Source: Thermoplasmata archaeon
GTDB lineage: Archaea > Thermoplasmatota > Thermoplasmata > Thermoplasmatales > GCA-001856825
Assembly: GCA_021817415.1 (NCBI GenBank)
Contig: JAKAUZ010000013.1
Coordinates: forward strand, 4,376 to 68,375
DNA length: 64,000 nt
Direction: 5' to 3'
Position numbers and translations under genes: made by a program. The stretch's first letter is position 1, and the number at the start of each line of letters is the position of its first letter. Positions 39,139 to 46,524 of the stretch are shown in pieces. The notes below the pieces were generated by a model. That model saw only the letters and a program-made list of their open reading frames with translations. It did not search any database and was not told the DNA's origin.

Positions 39139-39885
39139 TTAAGCCGTTACCTGGACTACTCCTTCCATCCACCCTGCAGTTGCCATCGCTCCTCCCCAAC
39201 CGTCAAGCTCGTGACCGCAGGGCACATAGCACTGCCAGGGATAGCTACCGGTATTGTTAAGATAAAACTCTGTAAATGTCACTGCGCCTCCCGATGGATT
39301 CGTTCCAGCAAATGTTGGAACATTTAGCACAATTTGTCCGTTTGAAAGCAAAGTGAAAGTGTGAGTGACTTCCCACCCTCCAAATGTAGAATTCCACGGA
39401 AGCGACGAAACTGCCCATCCGCTTCCATGTACTATTGAAATATCGTTAGAAGCATTGCCACTTAATGTAGAATTTATATACTGAGCTGTTCCATTATAAA
39501 CATATTCGACTCCACCCACTGTTCCTATTACTTTGGCATATGAAGAATTATTTGAAGTTCCGTTAGGGCCGATTATGCTTGTCACTCCACTATCATAATC
39601 GATTATAGTTAGCTTTATCAATCTGTGTGAAGGAAGTGTAATCACAGCAGAAGATTCAAGTTGACCATTTGGTCCAACTACGAAGAAGGCAGGCTGAGTA
39701 TGATGTATTGTAGCATTGTCAAACCAGTTATTAGGCGAAATCAACAGGGTCAAAGATACAGGTCCTTGAGGTAACTGCTGCTGCGGGGTTGAAGACAGAG
39801 TTTTGTCATAAGCTACGCCCACTCCTATTCCACCAACAAGAATAATGGCTGCTATGATGGCATAAAACGTCTTTTCGCTTATCAT
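39139..39885 (-). CDS. Membrane-anchored, sequon-rich cupredoxin-like (sulfocyanin-like) protein with an atypical ligand loop
   Basis: N-terminal anchor and a beta-rich domain. Candidate ligands are VTHTF ... YPWQCYVPCGHELDGWGGAMATAGWMEGVVQV. It contains 8 N-x-S/T sequons. Confidence 0.5.
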   Translation of the reverse strand: MISEKTFYAIIAAIILVGGIGVGVAYDKTLSSTPQQQLPQGPVSLTLLISPNNWFDNATIHHTQPAFFVVGPNGQLESSAVITLPSHRLIKLTIIDYDSGVTSIIGPNGTSNNSSYAKVIGTVGGVEYVYNGTAQYINSTLSGNASNDISIVHGSGWAVSSLPWNSTFGGWEVTHTFTLLSNGQIVLNVPTFAGTNPSGGAVTFTEFYLNNTGSYPWQCYVPCGHELDGWGGAMATAGWMEGVVQVTA

Positions 39886-40337
39886 CCGACATTTAAGTAA
39901 CTGATGTTAATAAATGTAACGTGGGATTAAAGAGTTTTAATAAAATTTAGCGACATTAAATAGATTTAGTTTTTTATATATGTTATGGTGAACAATTTTT
40001 ATTTACCTACAAATCCCGGCATCACATCTCTGCGAAATAAGGCTAATGGGAAAGCCAAAAGAGATACATTTAAGGGCGAATTTTCAGTATCTTAAGAATC
40101 ATATTAAAGTTACTTATTTCATTCGGAAATTATATTTCATCGATTTTCAATTGCGCTTTCAGTGTTTGTTTTGGATACAACTCCTGTCATCATAACAGAA
40201 ATTCAGCTTTAATTAAGTAACACAAATAAGATTTAATTAACCTAAATATTTTAGTATACATTAGATAATTGGCATATTTTCTACGAAAAGAATTTATAGC
40301 GTTTTAAGAATAGACTGTTAATTCGTCAGGAGTTTTT
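39886..40337. promoter_or_regulatory. 452-bp AT-rich divergent control region between the two redox operons
   Basis: No credible ORF. Repeated acatttaag (39890, 40066) and tttaattaa (40208, 40232) motifs. A TATA-like aatttatagc sits at 40293 and an aggag SD lies 5 nt (spacer ttttt) before the korD ATG. Confidence 0.5.
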
Positions 40338-40634
40338 ATGATTAAGGAAAATAAACCTAATCTATCCCAGGACGAGATTTGGAGAGAACCAGTCAACCTT
40401 GCACTTTTCAGAAAACCCCAGGGCAAGGTTCATGTTATTGCCGAAAGGTGCAAGGAATGCAACTACTGTACAAATTACTGCCCAAATGAGGTGCTTGAAA
40501 GATCCACTAACACAAACAGCCACGGATACCACTACGTGCAGGTCAAGGCAGGAAAAGAAAGTTCCTGCGTAAATTGCGGAATGTGTCAAACCATATGCCC
40601 AGACTTTGCAATATTTGTCACGGAGGTGCAGTGA
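40338..40634 (+). CDS. korD: 2-oxoacid:ferredoxin oxidoreductase delta subunit (2x[4Fe-4S])
   Basis: CKECNYCTNYCP and CVNCGMCQTICP motifs. Confidence 0.85.
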   Translation: MIKENKPNLSQDEIWREPVNLALFRKPQGKVHVIAERCKECNYCTNYCPNEVLERSTNTNSHGYHYVQVKAGKESSCVNCGMCQTICPDFAIFVTEVQ

Positions 40635-40642
40635 ACTTGAAT

Positions 40643-41773
40643 ATGTTACCTCCTGGGAAATATTTTACAGACGGAAATTTTGCTGCCACAGAAGGAGCAT
40701 TATATGGTGGATGTAGATTCTTCGCAGGGTATCCTATCACACCCTCAAGCGAAATATTAGAAAGAATGAGCAGACGTTTACCAGAGGTCGGAGGGCACTT
40801 CATCGAGATGGAGGACGAAATAGCCAGCATAGCCGCAATTATTGGTGCTTCCAACGGCGGGCTAAAAAGCATGACTGCCACTTCAGGACCTGGTTTTTCC
40901 TTGATGCAAGAGAATATAGGTCTGGGAATGATAACCGAGACTCCGACGGTCATCATTGATGAAATGAGGGCTGGACCTTCCACTGGAATCCCAACCAGAG
41001 TGGGCCAGGGAGACGTAATGCAAACTCGGTGGGGTTCTCACGGAGATTTGGCACCTATTACTTACTCTCCTAACAGTGTACAGGAATCATTTGATTTAAC
41101 GATATTAGCTTTCAATTCGGCTGAGATCTATAGGCAGCCGGTAATAATCGCTTCTGACCAGGTAATTGGCCACCTAAGCGAGATTCTTACGGTTGGTAAT
41201 CCTGAAGAGTACGAAGTGATCCAGAGACTTACCAGGAAGAAAGCGAACGGGAACCACAATACATTCAGTTATTCTGATGACTTTATTCCAATGTTTGTTC
41301 CCGGAACAGGATTCAGAGGTAACGTCGATAGTCTCACGCACGATGAAATGGGTTATCCTTCTAATGATGCATCAGTGGAAAGGGAGATGCTTGAACATCT
41401 ACTGGGAAAAATCAAGAGGAACGAAACGAAAATAATACGTTTTGAGGAGTATATGACCGACGATGCGAAAGTAATAGTTGTTGCGTATGGGATCACCTCA
41501 AGGTCTGCCAAAAAGGCAGTTAAGAATGCGAGGGATGAAGGTTTGAAGGTCGGCCTATTCAGGCCCATTACGCTCTGGCCCTTCCCCGAAGGAAGAATAG
41601 TTGAACTCGCAGAGAAAACAAGGAAATTCATAGTGCCAGAAATAAACTATGGCCAGTATTCCCATCCAGTCAGGGAATTCAGCAGAAGGGAGACAGAAGA
41701 GATTCACTTTCCACCTGGTGCAATACCTGATTTTAAGATCATTTTAAGGGAAATTGAGAGGTCATTTACATGA
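40643..41773 (+). CDS. korA: 2-oxoacid:ferredoxin oxidoreductase alpha subunit
   Basis: GNFAATEGALYGGCRFFAGYPITPSSEI motif. ATG at 40643 follows the korD stop. The tracker start at 40574 lies inside korD in another frame. Confidence 0.9.
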   Translation: MLPPGKYFTDGNFAATEGALYGGCRFFAGYPITPSSEILERMSRRLPEVGGHFIEMEDEIASIAAIIGASNGGLKSMTATSGPGFSLMQENIGLGMITETPTVIIDEMRAGPSTGIPTRVGQGDVMQTRWGSHGDLAPITYSPNSVQESFDLTILAFNSAEIYRQPVIIASDQVIGHLSEILTVGNPEEYEVIQRLTRKKANGNHNTFSYSDDFIPMFVPGTGFRGNVDSLTHDEMGYPSNDASVEREMLEHLLGKIKRNETKIIRFEEYMTDDAKVIVVAYGITSRSAKKAVKNARDEGLKVGLFRPITLWPFPEGRIVELAEKTRKFIVPEINYGQYSHPVREFSRRETEEIHFPPGAIPDFKIILREIERSFT

Positions 41774-42612
41774 GCATTGAGGAAGTGCATCCAAAGAGTC
41801 AATTTCTGAGGGACGAGAGACTCCCGCATATCTGGTGCCCAGGTTGTGGATTGGGGATCGTACTTCAAAGTTACATCAATGCAGCTGAAAAATCTGGAAT
41901 CAGGCTGGAAAATCACGTATTGATTTCAGGAATAGGGTGTACGGCCAGGCTTCCAGGGTATGCAAATCTTGATACTTATCACACAACCCACGGAAGGGGG
42001 ATTCCTTTCGCAACTGGAATGAAAATCGCTAATCCGGATCTAAAAGTGACTGTGATCAGCGGAGATGGCGATCTGTTCAACATTGGTGGGAATCATTTCA
42101 TACATGCCGCAAGAAGGAACATGGACCTTTTGGTGGTTTGTGTCAATAATTTCAACTATGGCATGACAGGAGGACAGCACGGATCAACTACCCCGCCCTC
42201 CTCCCTGTCTTCCTCTACACCCTACGGGAATATAGAGCAATCATTCAATCTGCCATATCTTGCAGCAGCAATAGGTGCATCGTATGTTGCCAGATGGACA
42301 GTCATGCATCCAAGACAGTTTACAAAGTCACTGTCTAAAGCGATGGATATAAGGGGATTTGCATTTGTGGAAGTGTTATCTCCATGTCCTCCAAACTTTG
42401 GCAAGTTCAATGGCTTTTCAGACGGGTTTGCAGAAATGGAGTTCTACAGAAAGAATTCTGTAGTCGATAATGAGGCAAAACTAGAGGATGTCTCAATTGA
42501 CCCACATCACGGCAAACAAATAATTCTGGGAGAATTTGTCAACAAAAGAAGACCTTCTTTCATAGAGCTGGAAAGAGAGGTCAATCGAAGGGCGATGGTG
42601 GTGGAAAAATGA
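41770..42612 (+). CDS. korB: 2-oxoacid:ferredoxin oxidoreductase beta subunit (TPP binding)
   Basis: WCPGCG, GIGC and SGDGDLFNIGGNH TPP/cluster motifs. ATGA overlap with korA. Confidence 0.9.
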   Translation: MSIEEVHPKSQFLRDERLPHIWCPGCGLGIVLQSYINAAEKSGIRLENHVLISGIGCTARLPGYANLDTYHTTHGRGIPFATGMKIANPDLKVTVISGDGDLFNIGGNHFIHAARRNMDLLVVCVNNFNYGMTGGQHGSTTPPSSLSSSTPYGNIEQSFNLPYLAAAIGASYVARWTVMHPRQFTKSLSKAMDIRGFAFVEVLSPCPPNFGKFNGFSDGFAEMEFYRKNSVVDNEAKLEDVSIDPHHGKQIILGEFVNKRRPSFIELEREVNRRAMVVEK

Positions 42613-43139
42613 CTGTAAACATAAGGATTTATGGAATGGGAGGGCAAGGGATTATCACACTGGCCAAGCTGATAGGAGAAGCTGCAGTTGAAGACGGGAA
42701 ATCGGCGATCATGACCGAGGAGTATAGCCCTTATGTTACTGGTGGCTGGTCAACAGCCGATCTTATTATCAGCGATCATGAGATAGACTATCCGCTCATT
42801 GAGAATCTCGATTATCTCGTCACTCTCTCTCAAGAAGGGCTGGAGAAAAATCTCGAATCAATAAAAATGAGCTCCAAACTAATTACTGAAAAGTCTCTTG
42901 TTAAGGTGCCCGACTTATATAAGAAACAGGCCTTTGAAATACCGGGAATAGAGCTGGCCAAATCCCTGAATAATCCAAAGGGGACTAACATGGTTATAAT
43001 GGGGGCGATAGGTGGGGTTACGAAATCCTTTTCGAAGGAATCAGGCAGGGCTGCCATCTCGAAAAGATTTCCCAGTTTCTCGGAAATTAACATAAATTGC
43101 TTTGACAGAGGTTTTGAGGAGGTGACTCGACCTGGCTGA
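42609..43139 (+). CDS. korC: 2-oxoacid:ferredoxin oxidoreductase gamma subunit
   Basis: IYGMGGQGIITLAKLIGEAA motif. ATGA overlap with korB. Confidence 0.88.
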   Translation: MTVNIRIYGMGGQGIITLAKLIGEAAVEDGKSAIMTEEYSPYVTGGWSTADLIISDHEIDYPLIENLDYLVTLSQEGLEKNLESIKMSSKLITEKSLVKVPDLYKKQAFEIPGIELAKSLNNPKGTNMVIMGAIGGVTKSFSKESGRAAISKRFPSFSEININCFDRGFEEVTRPG

Positions 43140-46100
43140 CAAAGTCCTTGTCATCGGAGGAGGAATTGCTGGAATCCAGGCTTCTTTGGACCTCGCGGAA
43201 TCTGGAGTAGAAGTGGTACTTGTGGAAAAAAGTCCCTCAATAGGGGGCAAGATGGCAGCGCTGGACAAGAATTTTCCAACGATGGATTGCTCAATCTGCA
43301 TCGAAGCACCAAAAATGAGCGACGTCATTCACAATCCGAATATCAAAGTTCATTCACTATCGGAGGTCACAAAAATTGAGGGGAAGGAGGGGGATTTCGA
43401 GGTCACTATTTACCAAAAGCCAAGGTTTGTCGATGACTCCTGCACAAGATGCGATTTATGCGTGCAAGCTTGTCCCCAAATACTGAAGAATGAATTCGAC
43501 GCTGGAATTGGAGCCAGAAAGGCAATATATACCCCATTTCCACAGGCGGAACCAGGTCCATACGTCATCGATATTGATAGCTGTTTGAACGAACCACCCA
43601 ACTATCTACCTTGCGGAAGATGCACAGACGCATGCGGTCCTGGAGCGATAGATTTCAACATGAAGCCAAAACTGATAAAAGAAAAGGTGGTTTCAGTCAT
43701 TGTTGCAACCGGGTTCGATCTATTCAACGCATCGCTGCTGAACGAGTTCGGTTATAGCAAGGATCCTGACATTCTGACATCCTACGAATTGGAAAGGATG
43801 ATCAATGCGGCGGGCCCTACGGATGGAGAAATAATCAAACCTTCAAACGGACAGCACCCTGAAAAAGTATTGTTTGTTCTGTGCGCAGGTTCCAGAGATG
43901 CGAGATTTGTTCCATATTGCTCAAGAACTTGCTGTATGTATTCCATCAAAGAAGCTTCCCAGCTGGTAGACCACGGAATAAAGAATGTTTCAGTCCTGTA
44001 CATGGATATCCGAGCTTATGGGAAAGGTTTCGACGAATTCTACTCAAGGTCACAAAGGGACGTCAGATATATAAGGTCAAGGCCAGCATCCGTTAGAAGG
44101 AAGGGGGATTCCATAGAGGTAAGATACGCGAAGGAGGACGGCTCCGTCACGAAGGAGGACTATGACCTCGTTGTTCTTGCTACTGCCTCGATCCCATCAA
44201 AGGGAACGGATAAGTTAGCTGGAATTCTCGGACTGGAGTTATCTGAAGACGGATTCTTCAAGAACAAACAAGATGACCCAGTTTCTACATCAAGAGAAGG
44301 GATATTTGTGGCTGGATGCGCTTCGGGGCCAAAGGATATCCCAGATAGCGTTACAGAAGCTTCTGCAGCTTCTGCCAGAGCGCAGAAATATGTCAAGAAC
44401 AGAGAATGGATAGCGGAACCAAAAGCACCTCCTCTTGATATGTCAGGAGACCCAAAAGTTGGAGTTTTCCTCTGCGACTGTGGTTCGAACATAGCAGGAG
44501 TGGTTGATGTAAAAAGGGTTGCAGAGGAAATGAAAAAAGTGCCGAACGTAGTCTACGTCGAGGAGAATAAATTCACCTGTTCTGGCAGCTCTCAGGATGC
44601 AATAGCTGCAAAAATCAAGGAAAAAGGGTTGAACAGGGTAGTGGTAGGGGCATGCTCTCCCAAGACTCACGGAGTAACCTTCCAGAGGGTGTGTTCAAGG
44701 GCAGGCCTGAATCCCTATCTTTTTGAAATGGCAAATGTGCGAAACATGGACTCATGGGTCCACAAGAAGGAAAAGGATAAAGCGACGGAGAAGGCAACAG
44801 ATTTGGTGAAGATGGCAGTCGCAAAAGTGAAATTACTGTCTCCGATGGATGATATCGAGTTTCCAGTTATTAAAACTGGCGTCATCATTGGGGGAGGACC
44901 TGCGGGAATGGCTTCAGCTGCGGCCTTATCCAACATTGGACTCGAGGTTCACCTGATAGAGGAGAAAGGAGAACTTGGAGGGCTTCTCAACTCGCTAGAC
45001 AGGGTAGCTCCTTCTAATATTGAGGCTGCTGAGATTTTTAAAAAATTGAAGAAGGGAGTGGAAGAATCTAATGTACGTATTCATACATCAACAAAAGTGA
45101 AAGAGATCACCGGTTTTGTAGGAAATTTCTCCCTTAAGCTTTCAAATAATGAGAATATTGAAGCGGGAGCTATAGTTATAGCCACCGGTGCTGACCCTTA
45201 CTCCCCTACCGAGTTCAATTATGGAAAAGATGAAAAGATCCTCACTTCGAATGACATAGAAAAGAAATACTCACGACTGGAGGGAGAACGCTTTGCCCTA
45301 ATATCGTGCGTTGGATCAAGAACTAGGGAGAAAGGATGTTCAAGATTCTGCTGCTCAACGATGCTCCAGCAGGCAATAGATTTGAGAGAGAAGGGAAAAA
45401 TCGTAAGGGTTTTCTACAAGGATGTCAGAGCATATGAGAGAAACGCAGAAGAATTGTACAAGAAGGCAGGGGAAAAAGGGGTCCAATTCTACAGGTATGA
45501 TTCAGAAAAACTCCCACAAGAGGCAATTTTCTTCGACGGAAATTCAGTGACATTCGTGGATGAACTTACGTCCGCAAAATTGAAAGCGCCAGTCGATAGA
45601 GTCGTATTGAACGTCGGTCTTATGCCGAAGGATCAGGAAATATTCACCCAATTGAAGCTTTCGAGGGACAACGAAGGCTTCCTGCTTGAATCTCACCCAA
45701 AACTCGGTCCCGTGGAAGCCGCAGTTCAGGGTATCTTCTTGGCAGGAACAGTTCAGGGACCGAAGGATGTGAAAGAGTCAATTTCTCAGGGTTATGCCAC
45801 AGCTTCCAAGGCAGCAAAGCTGCTGATGGGAGGGAAGATATCAAAGGAACCCATAATTCCGCAGATCAATACAAACAAGTGCGTCAAGTGCCTGAAGTGC
45901 GCAGAGGTTTGTCCGTACGGGGCGATAAAAGGTGAAAGGGGAAAATGGATAAACCTAGTCCCAGCAGCGTGCATGGGATGCGGGAACTGTGTCGCTGAAT
46001 GTAATATTGAAGGGGCAATAACCATGCCCAATTTCACCGACGAACAAATAATGACGCAGATCGATCAGGCCACGGCCGAAAAAGCAGAAGAGAAGTTACT

Positions 46101-46524
46101 GGTGTTCGCCTGTAACTGGTGTTCATATGCGGGCGCTGATCAGGCCGGAATATCAAAGATACAGTACCCTCCCAGTGCGAGAGTTATAAGGACCATGTGC
46201 TCCAGCAGAATATCCCAAAAACTAGTCATGTATGCATTTAGCAAGAATCCGGGGGCAGTCCTGGTCACTGGATGTCATATAAATGATTGCCACTACATAG
46301 ACGCTAACGTTCATACTGAGAAAAGAATGGAGAGATGGAAGAGGTTCATATCAGCGAAGAACGTGAATCCGGATAGATTACAATTGTGGTGGGTCAGCGC
46401 CGCAGAAGGTAACAGGTTTGCATCAAAGATTAAGGAAATGGATGCGCTGATCAAATCTCTCTCTAAGGAAGAGATTCTGAGCACTTCAGAAAAGATTGGA
46501 GGGGTGGTAAAACGATCGAAATAG
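43132..46524 (+). CDS. Tandem HdrA-type flavoprotein with a C-terminal MvhD domain (QmoA::QmoB-like fusion, about 1130 aa)
   Basis: Two GxGxxG motifs, each followed by CxGSR..CSxxCC. Four ferredoxin-type cluster motifs. MvhD-like FACNWCSYAGAD...GCHINDCHY. The first FAD motif (KVLVIGGGIAGIQ) lies upstream of the tracker TTG at 43186. The proposed start is CTG at 43132, 6 nt after ggaggtga. Confidence 0.8.
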   Translation: MADKVLVIGGGIAGIQASLDLAESGVEVVLVEKSPSIGGKMAALDKNFPTMDCSICIEAPKMSDVIHNPNIKVHSLSEVTKIEGKEGDFEVTIYQKPRFVDDSCTRCDLCVQACPQILKNEFDAGIGARKAIYTPFPQAEPGPYVIDIDSCLNEPPNYLPCGRCTDACGPGAIDFNMKPKLIKEKVVSVIVATGFDLFNASLLNEFGYSKDPDILTSYELERMINAAGPTDGEIIKPSNGQHPEKVLFVLCAGSRDARFVPYCSRTCCMYSIKEASQLVDHGIKNVSVLYMDIRAYGKGFDEFYSRSQRDVRYIRSRPASVRRKGDSIEVRYAKEDGSVTKEDYDLVVLATASIPSKGTDKLAGILGLELSEDGFFKNKQDDPVSTSREGIFVAGCASGPKDIPDSVTEASAASARAQKYVKNREWIAEPKAPPLDMSGDPKVGVFLCDCGSNIAGVVDVKRVAEEMKKVPNVVYVEENKFTCSGSSQDAIAAKIKEKGLNRVVVGACSPKTHGVTFQRVCSRAGLNPYLFEMANVRNMDSWVHKKEKDKATEKATDLVKMAVAKVKLLSPMDDIEFPVIKTGVIIGGGPAGMASAAALSNIGLEVHLIEEKGELGGLLNSLDRVAPSNIEAAEIFKKLKKGVEESNVRIHTSTKVKEITGFVGNFSLKLSNNENIEAGAIVIATGADPYSPTEFNYGKDEKILTSNDIEKKYSRLEGERFALISCVGSRTREKGCSRFCCSTMLQQAIDLREKGKIVRVFYKDVRAYERNAEELYKKAGEKGVQFYRYDSEKLPQEAIFFDGNSVTFVDELTSAKLKAPVDRVVLNVGLMPKDQEIFTQLKLSRDNEGFLLESHPKLGPVEAAVQGIFLAGTVQGPKDVKESISQGYATASKAAKLLMGGKISKEPIIPQINTNKCVKCLKCAEVCPYGAIKGERGKWINLVPAACMGCGNCVAECNIEGAITMPNFTDEQIMTQIDQATAEKAEEKLLVFACNWCSYAGADQAGISKIQYPPSARVIRTMCSSRISQKLVMYAFSKNPGAVLVTGCHINDCHYIDANVHTEKRMERWKRFISAKNVNPDRLQLWWVSAAEGNRFASKIKEMDALIKSLSKEEILSTSEKIGGVVKRSK

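Noticed and set aside
40046-40195. 49-aa ATG ORF (MGKPKEIHLRANFQYLKNH...) inside the divergent control region
   Set aside because: It has a Phe/Leu/Gln-rich AT-driven composition, no SD and no motif. It is probably a chance ORF in AT-rich DNA.
40574-40642. Tracker 5' extensions of korA (40574), etfA (47429) and the AcnX small subunit (29377)
   Set aside because: The extensions run through the preceding gene in another frame and add non-conserved residues. ATG codons at 40643, 47639 and 29242 give family-typical N-termini.
43100-43140. Possibility that KorC and the HdrA-like protein are one frameshifted fusion
   Set aside because: KorC ends at a family-typical length with its own TGA. The HdrA frame is closed by TGA at 43123, so only 2 codons precede the CTG. 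A separate initiation explains the data better.
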